Source: Promethearchaeota archaeon (GTDB taxonomy: Archaea; Asgardarchaeota; Lokiarchaeia; Sigyniarchaeales; SOKP01). Taken from it: a stretch of DNA of 41,059 bases. Under the pieces are notes generated by a model, which was not told the DNA's origin, made no database searches, and saw only the letters and a list, made by a program, of their open reading frames with translations. The translations under genes and the position numbers were made by a program. This document shows, one piece after another, positions 9,300-18,348 of this stretch. Every line of letters starts with the position of its first letter. Within the stretch, counting starts at the first letter, position 1. The stretch is taken from NCBI GenBank assembly GCA_019058245.1, contig JAHPZJ010000004.1:1-41059 (forward strand), read 5' to 3'.

Positions 9300-10586
9300 T
9301 TGAAATTCAAGAATTTAGTTTTACAGAGTCTATTAACTGGATTTATTATTATTTCCATTTTTAATCTAATAATAGGTGTATCATTTCAGAAAATTATTAA
9401 AAATAATGATTTCAATTTAAAAACTAATGGTTTAGATGAATCATGGAATATATCCACTGATTTTTATGGAGTGGATATGGTAGTTGATTCAAATAATTGC
9501 ATTTATATTTTGGCTTCTGAACATCTTAGATGCCTTTTTGGTTGTTATTATTATGGGGATGTAATAATTATGAAATATAACAACTCTGGAAATCAATTAT
9601 GGAAAATAAGTTTAGAAGGGTTAAGTATAGAAGATTCGGGGATTGCTATAGATTCAAAAACTAATCTATATTTAGCAAGTAAGTATGAAAATCAAACTTT
9701 GGAGGAAAATATGATTCTGTTAAAATACAACTCTTTAGGTAATCTACAATGGCAAAAAACATGGAGTGGAGGGGATAACGGGGATATAATTGATATTGCT
9801 ATTGACTCAGATGATAACATATATGTTTACGGAACTTCAGATTTTGTCGAAGAGTTTAATTTTCATTTATTCATAGTAAAATATAATAATTCTGGTGATC
9901 AACAATGGTTTCATGTATATGAAGAATTAGGAGAACATTGTGCGGGATGGGATATTGAGATTAACTCAAATGATAATATAATTGTTTCAGGTGCTACTTA
10001 TACTAATGAAAATAATTCGATAAACTATAGTTATTGGATAAGGTGTTATAATCAATCTGGTGAATTAAATTGGGAAACTTTTAATGAAAAAGGAGTTATT
10101 GAAACCTTAGCAATAACCTTAGCAATTGATTCCTTGGATGAAATAATTTCTGTAAATTCCACTAGTATAGCAAAATTTAATATCTCAGGGAATCTGTTAT
10201 GGGAATGGACTCATCAGATCGAATTCTGTTGGCAAATTCAAATAGATATCGACTCGATTAATAATATATATGTTGCTACAAGTATAGACATCCCAGATGA
10301 TCATTATACCAGTGATCTTTATCTTATAAAAATTAATGCCTCTGGTGATTTTGATTGGTATTTGACTTGGGGGGGTGCAGATAAAGATAATCTAAAATCT
10401 ATTAGCATTGATTCCTTAGATAATATCTTTTTATTATCTGATAATTATTTTATTAAGAATCCAAAAAATAATAATAAATCACTTACAAATATAAAACTAT
10501 TAAATTTTTATTTTGTTCTGTTAGTGATTTTATCTGCTTTTTCAGCAATTTCATTGTTTCTTGTTATAAAAGGAAAAATCCGTTAG
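9300..10586 (+). CDS. Membrane-anchored beta-propeller (SBBP-like repeat) protein
   Basis: Repeated IAIDSxxNIY...KYNxSGxxxW blades; N- and C-terminal hydrophobic helices; TTG start. Confidence 0.8.
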   Translation: MKFKNLVLQSLLTGFIIISIFNLIIGVSFQKIIKNNDFNLKTNGLDESWNISTDFYGVDMVVDSNNCIYILASEHLRCLFGCYYYGDVIIMKYNNSGNQLWKISLEGLSIEDSGIAIDSKTNLYLASKYENQTLEENMILLKYNSLGNLQWQKTWSGGDNGDIIDIAIDSDDNIYVYGTSDFVEEFNFHLFIVKYNNSGDQQWFHVYEELGEHCAGWDIEINSNDNIIVSGATYTNENNSINYSYWIRCYNQSGELNWETFNEKGVIETLAITLAIDSLDEIISVNSTSIAKFNISGNLLWEWTHQIEFCWQIQIDIDSINNIYVATSIDIPDDHYTSDLYLIKINASGDFDWYLTWGGADKDNLKSISIDSLDNIFLLSDNYFIKNPKNNNKSLTNIKLLNFYFVLLVILSAFSAISLFLVIKGKIR

Positions 10587-10663
10587 GGATTGAGATATTA
10601 ATTTTGAGAGTAGTTAATGAGGAGCATAATTTTTTATGTTTATATTATTAATTTCCAAAAAAC

Positions 10664-11194
10664 CTAACTAAAAGCACCTTGTAATGAAATTAGATATAAA
10701 TTAATAAATCCGATAATTAAAAAGGATAATAAATTAATTACAATTGATATTAAGAGTATGTTTTTACTTGAAAGAAAATCATTTTTTGGATTCTCCATAA
10801 TAAAATTCTTAAATATACGTCGATATAATAACCATTCAACTACTATAACAATACCTTCTAGCACTAGATAGAAGTACTTTAGAAATTCATTTAAAAGCAC
10901 CATAGCTAGATAGAATGTTAATTGAGTCGGAGGAAAAGTTATAAGATTAATAAGAATCACAATTAAATATAAACGTGGTTTAACTAATCCTCGAGTCCTA
11001 AGGATATCATAAAGAACTCCATATTCAATTAAAGTATTTAAGATATAAAAGACAATTATAGCAATAATTATAAGCAGTGGATATTCCCAAAAAGCAATTG
11101 GTTCAACTCCAGGTGGTAACCAAAATGTTCTTAGACTTGATAAACCAATTATTAATACTATTATGATAAGATATCCATAATCTCGGATTCGCAC
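10664..11194 (-). CDS. Hypothetical multi-pass membrane protein
   Basis: About five hydrophobic segments; N-L-I-T-F-P and E-x-x-V-x-x-x-E motifs. Confidence 0.7.
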   Translation of the reverse strand: MRIRDYGYLIIIVLIIGLSSLRTFWLPPGVEPIAFWEYPLLIIIAIIVFYILNTLIEYGVLYDILRTRGLVKPRLYLIVILINLITFPPTQLTFYLAMVLLNEFLKYFYLVLEGIVIVVEWLLYRRIFKNFIMENPKNDFLSSKNILLISIVINLLSFLIIGFINLYLISLQGAFS

Positions 11195-11293
11195 AATTAA
11201 TTTTTAGGAAAAAATACTTTTTAAATGTTTGGTAACGAGAGATGAAATGTTATTAAATTAATCTATATTCCTATATTATCAAATACTCCAGAA

Positions 11294-12034
11294 TTAATAA
11301 TCATCATTTATTCTTTTCTGAGGACTTTTTTTATTTTTCCCAAAAAGAAGTTTTTGGTTTTTTTCAACAAATTTCCAGCCAAATCCTGTAAGAACTTCAA
11401 GCGGCCCTCGAATTCCTTTAGGGTTCCCTGTCTTAGTATATAAGATTTCAGTATTTTTTATAGCTTTAAAGACATTGTAAGGTGTTTTATACTTTTCAAT
11501 TAAAGTTTTAGCTTTTTTAGCTCCGATATCTACTAAGCCTTCAATAATAAACGATCTTCTCTCTTTTTTTGACAGTTGCTTTGGAGCTCTTCTTGAAAAT
11601 ATAGGCATACTATCTTTTACTTGTTCCCGATAAGCTATTCTTTCAACAACTATAGCTGTATCCTCTAAATTTCTAGTTGGAATTACCGAAATACCTAATT
11701 TATATGAAATAAATGAAAGGGCACCATAGATTGATGAAATTTTCATACCAGTATTTTCAAAAACATCATTATTTAAACCTTCTAATATTAAAATTGGATT
11801 TTCATATGTATCTTTTAAACGTAGTAATTGTTCAAATAGTCTATTATCCATTATAGAAGACACGAAATCAAATCCCTCTTTTCTCTCTATAGCGACATCA
11901 CTTGAAATAACAATATCCGCGATATCTAATTGTTTTGATTCATATGTTATTATATCTTTTTTATTATCTAACAGAGCCATCAATTTTTGTTCTCTATTAT
12001 CTATTATTACGTGAAGAGGTTTATTTTCAGTCAT
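11294..12034 (-). CDS. xpf: ERCC4-domain structure-specific endonuclease (short XPF/Hef type, no helicase)
   Basis: IDNRE, ADIVIS...IERK nuclease motifs; HhH-like GLVDIGAKKA; C-terminal QKRINDDY resembles a PIP box. Confidence 0.85.
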   Translation of the reverse strand: MTENKPLHVIIDNREQKLMALLDNKKDIITYESKQLDIADIVISSDVAIERKEGFDFVSSIMDNRLFEQLLRLKDTYENPILILEGLNNDVFENTGMKISSIYGALSFISYKLGISVIPTRNLEDTAIVVERIAYREQVKDSMPIFSRRAPKQLSKKERRSFIIEGLVDIGAKKAKTLIEKYKTPYNVFKAIKNTEILYTKTGNPKGIRGPLEVLTGFGWKFVEKNQKLLFGKNKKSPQKRINDDY

Positions 12035-12240
12035 TTTACTATTTAAAAATTTATAACTTCAGTATTAAATATTTCATTTCCTAATTATTAAAGTAATAAT
12101 TTTCAAAATTATAAATAAAAATTAGTAGAGTTAGATTTTTAATTACTAATACATAGGAAATTACATATTATAGGAAAAATAAATTTCAAACTAATTAATT
12201 AGAAAATAAGTTATATCAATTTAGATGATATATTCTGAGA

Positions 12241-13665
12241 GTGTTACTTATAAATCCAGATTATCCTGACGTTTTTAAGCATGGTGCCCAAAAAAATGTA
12301 ATTCTTCCTCCATTGGGTTTAGAATATATTGCTGCAAATATTGAAGATATAGCTGAAGTCCTTATAATTGATAATAGACTAAAAACTATAAATTTAAAAA
12401 GCATTGAAACTACAATTTATCAATTTCAGCCTGATTACGTAGGGATTAGCTGCAATTATAGTCCACAAATCTATCATGCAGTTAAAATTGCTAATATTGC
12501 TAAAACTTATGGATCAACGACAGTGATTGGCGGTTGGCACCCTACACTTGTTCCTGAAGAGACTCTTGAATTTCAATCTGTTGATATCTTGATTAGATGT
12601 GAAGGAGAAATAACATTTCGGGAACTTATTCAAAATAATTCTCCTATCGATATCCCAGGATTATCATATAAAAAAAATGGAAAAATAATTCATAATCCTG
12701 ACCGAGAATTGCTAGATTTAAAACATATTAAATTACCTTCTCGACACTATCGTTCAAAAGAAGCAAAAGTAGAATACAGTTTCTATGGTTTTTCTATTGA
12801 TTGCATTGAGACTAGCCGAGGTTGTCCATATTCGTGTAATTTTTGTTGTATTCACGAATTTTATCGAAAGAGATACCGGACTCGTTCAATACCAAGTATT
12901 ATAAAAGAATTAAATTCAAATGAGGTTAAAAATCAGAGCCCATTTATTTTTATCATTGATGATAATTTTTTGGTAGATCCTAAATTTGTAGAAGAACTAT
13001 GTAATGCCATTATTCAGGAAGGTATTAGAAAATACTTTTCAACTCAAATTCGTGTTGATATGATTGTAAGGTACCCAAAAATTATTAAAAAGATGGCTGA
13101 TGCTGGTTTTATTTTCCTCTTTTTAGGAATTGAGAGTTTTTCTGATCGAACTTTGAAATTTCTTAATAAACAAACTGAATTCAAACAAATCAGATCAGCT
13201 TTAAAAATTCTTCATGATTATGGCTATTTTATTCAAGGAAACATTATTCTAGGGGCTAATTTTGAGGATAAAAAAGAGGATTTAGAATCTACGATCGAAA
13301 TTGCTAAGAAATTGGAAATCGATTTAACAACCTTTTCAGTATTAACTCCATTTCCAGGAACAAAATTGATGGAAAAAGTTTTAGAGGACAATCTTTTACT
13401 AAGCAACGATTGGAGTGAATTTAACTGGTCAGTACCAATTATTAAATATCCCCACTTATCAATAAAAGATTTGAAAGATTGCTTGAATAGAGCATTTTTT
13501 GAAGTCTCAAATTCGAAAAAACTTTGGCCTAGAATTAAAACTGTCGTTCTAAATCGAGGACTAAGATTTCATATTCTAAGAGTAGTAAATGTAGTTATGT
13601 TCAAAACAGTCTTTCAGAAGATCGAACACTCCCTGAAACAAAGATCTAAAAAAACAAATAAATAA
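12241..13665 (+). CDS. B12-binding radical SAM enzyme (class B methyltransferase-like); start may be CTG at 12235
   Basis: PPLGLEYIAA, GGWHPT, EGE cobalamin-domain motifs; ETSRGCPYSCNFC; DDNF; GIES; TPFPGT. Confidence 0.9.
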   Translation: MLLINPDYPDVFKHGAQKNVILPPLGLEYIAANIEDIAEVLIIDNRLKTINLKSIETTIYQFQPDYVGISCNYSPQIYHAVKIANIAKTYGSTTVIGGWHPTLVPEETLEFQSVDILIRCEGEITFRELIQNNSPIDIPGLSYKKNGKIIHNPDRELLDLKHIKLPSRHYRSKEAKVEYSFYGFSIDCIETSRGCPYSCNFCCIHEFYRKRYRTRSIPSIIKELNSNEVKNQSPFIFIIDDNFLVDPKFVEELCNAIIQEGIRKYFSTQIRVDMIVRYPKIIKKMADAGFIFLFLGIESFSDRTLKFLNKQTEFKQIRSALKILHDYGYFIQGNIILGANFEDKKEDLESTIEIAKKLEIDLTTFSVLTPFPGTKLMEKVLEDNLLLSNDWSEFNWSVPIIKYPHLSIKDLKDCLNRAFFEVSNSKKLWPRIKTVVLNRGLRFHILRVVNVVMFKTVFQKIEHSLKQRSKKTNK

Positions 13666-13739
13666 AATAGAAGATTTATTTCAAATCAGATTACAATCTG
13701 AGAGATAGTCTTATTCATTTTTGTATTTCTCTAAAAAAT

Positions 13740-15152
13740 TTATTTTTCTTCCAAAAGTCCATGCTTTTTGAGACCTTCTCTCATATCTGCTTGAAATGGT
13801 TCTGGTGTTCCTTCTATAAAGGCTTCAATCATATCTTGGTTTTGAATATTTGGTGAAGATCTTTTTTTTGCTTTCTCCTCCGCGAGAGAGGAAATGACCA
13901 TTTTTGCAATTTGTTGAAATTGAGGGGGTGATAATTTTATTAATTCATCAAAAATAATCTTAGTTTCGGTATCCCATAATAAACCATCTTTTTTTTCTTT
14001 CTTTGGTTTAGCCGTTTCTACTCCAAATTCACGGCTAGTTAATATATCATCAAGATAATCTTTTATAGACTCTACATAACTTGTAGATTCATCTTTATTT
14101 AATATAACCGCTTTCTTTGCCCATTCATTACAATAATTACACTCATCGCACGTTGAGATACAATCTTGTTTTTTAAAAAAATCTATAAATCCATCAAGTT
14201 TCGTATTATCAATTATTAATTTGGATTTATTCTCTTCAGTGACTGTTTTTGTGAATTTAATATTTGGATCTTTTTCCACTCCAATTGACATAGTAAATCC
14301 TTGAATAATATCAATAAGGTTTCCTTCATATTTTCTTGAAGAAAATGCTTTCACAGATCTAATAATCCAATCAGTGGACATCCGACGTCCAGCTATCTTA
14401 AAATCTGTGATTCCAATTTCTTCATAATGAGATAAATCTTCCGGACGAACCCACCTACATTTGAGGATCTCCGCAGGATTTGAAAATTTAATAATACTAC
14501 AATTTAATACACAAGTATCGATGTAATTTCTGTCGAATTGCTGATATGTTTGAGAAGAATGACCTAATATATTATAATGATAATGCCTGAAAGGACATTG
14601 ATATAAACAACCATCAGTTAATAGAAGGACAATTTTACATTTAACCGCTTTCTTAATATTTTTTAAAGTCTTGAAATCACGATTGATCATGACATCTGGA
14701 GTTATTTCATCAGCACCTAGCATTTCATAAAATTTCGCTCTATTTACACTATTAACGTGCGAAATAGTTGAAACTCGTATTTTTAGCTTTGGAAATTGTT
14801 CTTTTATAAGTTGTATTAAAAAAGGAATAGTTACTATTACACTATCAACACCAATATCAGTAATCCATTGAAGATAATTAAGCAACTCTTTGTGATAATG
14901 CGGATCATACTCCATATTATTCATACAAGGAGCATTTAACAGATAGGAAAACTTCATTTTATGTTCATGAACCCTTTTAATGTATTCTGCTATTTCTTCA
15001 TCAGATATATTTCGTAATAAAAATGAGGGTCGACCTCCTCCAACAATTGTATGATCTGCTACTCCATATAAATCAACGACAGGATATTTAGCTAATTCAT
15101 CAATCAAATCTGGATCCCAATTTGTTGCAACATAGAATTGAATCAAAATCAC
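13740..15152 (-). CDS. U32-family Fe-S protein (UbiU/UbiV/RlhA/TrhP-like hydroxylase superfamily) with C-terminal PCP_red/DUF2621-like domain; likely start TTG 15146
   Basis: YLLNAPC, GVDSVIV, ISTxxHV-like segment, GCLYQCPF, WVRPEDL, FKIAGR; extra CxxxCxxCxxC; C-terminal WDTETK...PPQFQ...AEEKA...TPEPFQ. Confidence 0.85.
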   Translation of the reverse strand: MILIQFYVATNWDPDLIDELAKYPVVDLYGVADHTIVGGGRPSFLLRNISDEEIAEYIKRVHEHKMKFSYLLNAPCMNNMEYDPHYHKELLNYLQWITDIGVDSVIVTIPFLIQLIKEQFPKLKIRVSTISHVNSVNRAKFYEMLGADEITPDVMINRDFKTLKNIKKAVKCKIVLLLTDGCLYQCPFRHYHYNILGHSSQTYQQFDRNYIDTCVLNCSIIKFSNPAEILKCRWVRPEDLSHYEEIGITDFKIAGRRMSTDWIIRSVKAFSSRKYEGNLIDIIQGFTMSIGVEKDPNIKFTKTVTEENKSKLIIDNTKLDGFIDFFKKQDCISTCDECNYCNEWAKKAVILNKDESTSYVESIKDYLDDILTSREFGVETAKPKKEKKDGLLWDTETKIIFDELIKLSPPQFQQIAKMVISSLAEEKAKKRSSPNIQNQDMIEAFIEGTPEPFQADMREGLKKHGLLEEK

Positions 15153-15271
15153 CTTAAGATATTTAGTTTATTTTTTATTTTTCTCTTTTCTCCATTAACT
15201 ATTTTTTCTTAACTCATAATTTTTTAAATGAATAAAAAATCCCTTATTAGTTCTTATTATACATTGTCTTT

Positions 15272-15673
15272 TTATTGTTGAATTGCTTTTTCATGAGCTT
15301 TTGCATTAAGTGGTAATAATGGTGCACATGCCATCAACTTACTTACATCACCATCCACAACATAAGTACCTGCCATAGTTGCTTGAATAGGATCAGATTC
15401 TCCAGAATTTACTTTTTTAATTGTATCGAAATCTGTTTTGTGGATGATTTTTGGAACATCAGGTCCTGAATAAATTCCTATTCCCCAATCCATCTTACCA
15501 TGATCAATAAACTGCCAATAACTCATCTCAGGTTTATCAGTTATTTCATATTGAAAGATTAAAGGTGCAATTGGGTCTAACATTGAGGCTAAATCTGGTA
15601 GTTCATTGTAGGCCTTCATAAAACGTTCAAGATATGCTTTCCATTCTTCTTTTGTGTCCAATTTTATTTTCAC
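15272..15673 (-). CDS. SCP2 sterol/lipid-carrier domain protein; likely start TTG 15661
   Basis: SGESDPIQATMAGTYVVDGDVSKLM matches the SCP2 C-terminal signature; AAGGAGGTGA Shine-Dalgarno upstream of the TTG. Confidence 0.8.
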   Translation of the reverse strand: MKIKLDTKEEWKAYLERFMKAYNELPDLASMLDPIAPLIFQYEITDKPEMSYWQFIDHGKMDWGIGIYSGPDVPKIIHKTDFDTIKKVNSGESDPIQATMAGTYVVDGDVSKLMACAPLLPLNAKAHEKAIQQ

Positions 15674-15733
15674 CTCCTTTATTTTTATTTTTTTGTGTCT
15701 TTGGAATTATTTTTCTTAAAGATTATTAAATTA

Positions 15734-16906
15734 TCACTTATAAGATTCAAGTCCTGCTTTACATCCCATTGCTAAGAAATCAACCATAGTTCCATTATAG
15801 TCGTTTTCAATTTTATAATAGAACCCCTTTTGAGAGAAAGTAGCTCCCCAGATAAATTTATGTGAATCACTCTGGAGTGGAGTTCTATCGACAAACTCTT
15901 TCATTAAAGGATGCAAATGTATAGGAATTTCTTTGGGATCATTACACGTTATTCCAAAACATAAACGTTCGACTTCTTTTGAATCCCAACTGAATGTATA
16001 ATTAAGATGAGCAGCCTTACGACATCCTTCCATCACTTCTTCAGATGCGGGCTTAAATCCTAATTCTGTTACCAATGCAATGCAACTATCATATGCGGAT
16101 TTAGCTGGCTGTTTGAGCATGAAATAAATGTTTGTTGTATTATGTAGAAAATCAAAAGCAAATAAACTAAAAGCTGTTAAACCGTGTCTATTAAAGTATT
16201 CTTTGTAATCTGCCATACTTTTTGGGATTGATATCATTGAAAATATTGGATCAATGGATCCAGGCACTGTAAAAGGCCAAATCTTCGATAAACCAGTGCT
16301 AGCATCTACATCAACACCATATCCCATGATTTCAAAAGTATTAAGTGATTCCATTATCATCTTATGAATTGGATGTCCACTTTTTTCAATTAAACCTTTA
16401 TTTACAGCGGTTGTATAAGGATCTGGATTGTGAGATATGAAAAATTCAACATATCTTACTGCTACATCTCTTTTTTCAACTGGTTTAGTAGTTGTTCTAA
16501 TTGATACTGGAGCACCTTTAAAAAATTTCTCAAATGTATTGAATGCTTTCCATATTGCTTTTTCATTACATTTTACACCCGTAATATCACAGAGAATCCC
16601 CATATCTTTAACCATTTGATTGAGATCTGTATTACACTTGAAATCAGAATTCACTTTGGATAGATATCTATCATAATCTACTCCAAGATTTTTTAGGTCT
16701 TCAATCATAGTAGGTTGAAAAGCGGGTGGAGTTACCTCAAACAACGCCACTACTAAATCTAATTCAGCTACTTCTTTTCCATTGCGCTCAATGCATTTTT
16801 TTTCTGCAGCTTCATGAAGAGCTGGTTCTACTGCGGGTCTCACCATTTCTGGTATTCCTAAGATAATTTTTTCAAAAAGTAGTTTAATTTCTGATTGCCA
16901 TTCCAT
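15734..16906 (-). CDS. PCP_red/DUF2621-like domain fused to ABBA-type (NphB/CloQ, PT-barrel) aromatic prenyltransferase
   Basis: RTTTK, DPYTTAVxxGL, YGVDVDASTGLSKIWPF, FDFLHNTTNIYF, TFSWDSKEVERLCF, YYKIENDY follow the NphB/CloQ motif order; soluble, with no DDxxD or UbiA membrane pattern. Confidence 0.85.
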   Translation of the reverse strand: MEWQSEIKLLFEKIILGIPEMVRPAVEPALHEAAEKKCIERNGKEVAELDLVVALFEVTPPAFQPTMIEDLKNLGVDYDRYLSKVNSDFKCNTDLNQMVKDMGILCDITGVKCNEKAIWKAFNTFEKFFKGAPVSIRTTTKPVEKRDVAVRYVEFFISHNPDPYTTAVNKGLIEKSGHPIHKMIMESLNTFEIMGYGVDVDASTGLSKIWPFTVPGSIDPIFSMISIPKSMADYKEYFNRHGLTAFSLFAFDFLHNTTNIYFMLKQPAKSAYDSCIALVTELGFKPASEEVMEGCRKAAHLNYTFSWDSKEVERLCFGITCNDPKEIPIHLHPLMKEFVDRTPLQSDSHKFIWGATFSQKGFYYKIENDYNGTMVDFLAMGCKAGLESYK

Positions 16907-16935
16907 TTTTTTTAACCTTTTATTTTCTTTTTTTT

Positions 16936-18336
16936 CTATTTTAGCAATTCAATTTCTTCCTTTTCAGCATCATAAATTTCATGTTCATGGTCATTTTCAT
17001 GCCAACAAAAAGGAAATGAACCAAAAAAATCTCCAGTTATATATTCTGCGGTAACGCGGCATCCCCCCCCACAATACTTAAGATGATGGCAAGAAGCACA
17101 TTTCCCCTTTATTTTTTTCCTGTCACGAATATCCTTATAAAGTTGGGAATTTAAGACATTTTCAAAATTATCCTTTAATGCATTTCCTAGTGTCAAGGTT
17201 GTAGGATATCCCGCAGGATATATTGTTCCATTAATCCCAATCCCCATCATTGTCCTACAAGCTAAACATCCCACACCCCATTCAATTGTCGCCATTTCCT
17301 TATCGTCTTTTGGTTGTTCCATAAAAGGCATCATATCATATATTTCATAAGCTGGTAAAGTACCTGCCTTACCTTTTCTTATTGTTTCAATCGCATGTTT
17401 ATATTTAAAATCATACATTTTTTTATATTCTTCTTTATTAAGTCCTATTTCGTCCCAGAATTCAGCAGCTCGATTTTGTTTAACCACACATCGAAAGTAT
17501 GGTTGTGAACCCCATTCTTCTGATAAATTTTTAAGCTGTTCTAGCTCATCAATATTTTGCTTCATAATTGTAATTGATGAACATACAAATATCCCATTTT
17601 TCAAACACAAATCGATCGCTTTCCTAGCATAATCTAACGAATTAGGAAAACCACGGATTTCATCGTTTTTCTTAGGATCTATGCTGTCAAAACTAACAAA
17701 TATATGACTTATATTGTTTTCCTTACACATTTTTGCAAATTTATCATCAAATTTTACACCATTGGTAATAAGGGCATGGATATAATCATTTTCTTTACAA
17801 AATTCCATAATTTCTCCAATATCTTTACGCAGAGTAGGCTCTCCACCAAACCAAACAAAACATGCATGTCTACCTTGATTTCTTAATCCAGTTTCTACGT
17901 TTTCTATTATTTTGAACCAATCATCTACAGATAACTCTGGTCTTGGTACCATATCATCAGCAGCGCAATGAATACATTTTTGATTACATTTATCTGTAAG
18001 ATACATAGCAAAATGGATATTTCCAGGATGAAATCCTCTTTCTATTTTCTCCCAAGAGATTTTAAGTCGATCCTTTATATCTCTAAGTTCTATATATCGT
18101 TCAACATCAATACCTAACTTCGTTAGATCTTCAATCATTACGGGTTTAAAAGCTTCTGGTATAATATCAAAAATACCCATTATAACATCAGCATCATTAA
18201 TATAAGCACCATTACGTTCAAGACATCTTTTTTCTGCAGCTTCAACTATTAATGGTTCTACAGAAGGTCTAAAACCCTGAGGCATCTGATCTCCTATTCT
18301 TCCGAATAAAACTTTTGTTTCTTTTTCCCATTCCAT
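16936..18336 (-). CDS. PCP_red/DUF2621-like domain plus radical SAM/SPASM enzyme (paralog B)
   Basis: CNQKCIHC, GGEP, SPASM cysteines GCLAC...CASCHHLKYCGGGCR...C. Confidence 0.9.
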   Translation of the reverse strand: MEWEKETKVLFGRIGDQMPQGFRPSVEPLIVEAAEKRCLERNGAYINDADVIMGIFDIIPEAFKPVMIEDLTKLGIDVERYIELRDIKDRLKISWEKIERGFHPGNIHFAMYLTDKCNQKCIHCAADDMVPRPELSVDDWFKIIENVETGLRNQGRHACFVWFGGEPTLRKDIGEIMEFCKENDYIHALITNGVKFDDKFAKMCKENNISHIFVSFDSIDPKKNDEIRGFPNSLDYARKAIDLCLKNGIFVCSSITIMKQNIDELEQLKNLSEEWGSQPYFRCVVKQNRAAEFWDEIGLNKEEYKKMYDFKYKHAIETIRKGKAGTLPAYEIYDMMPFMEQPKDDKEMATIEWGVGCLACRTMMGIGINGTIYPAGYPTTLTLGNALKDNFENVLNSQLYKDIRDRKKIKGKCASCHHLKYCGGGCRVTAEYITGDFFGSFPFCWHENDHEHEIYDAEKEEIELLK

Positions 18337-18348
18337 TATTTTTCGCCT

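Noticed and set aside
12241-13665. Specific call as GDGT ring synthase or another named B12-rSAM
   Set aside because: Motifs are generic to the class; a phylogeny is needed.
13686-13701. Palindrome TCAGATT-AC-AATCTGA between convergent genes
   Set aside because: Single 7-bp inverted repeat with no second copy noticed; could be chance or a terminator element.
13743-13976. Chlorophyll biosynthesis implied by the PCP_red-like domain
   Set aside because: Only the small accessory domain is present; no nitrogenase-like subunits.
15734-16906. Prenyltransferase as a Rab/protein prenyltransferase for the GTPases
   Set aside because: PT-barrel motifs are unrelated to FTase/GGTase, and neither GTPase has a C-terminal Cys (ends SKIEEQ and AIKKIS).
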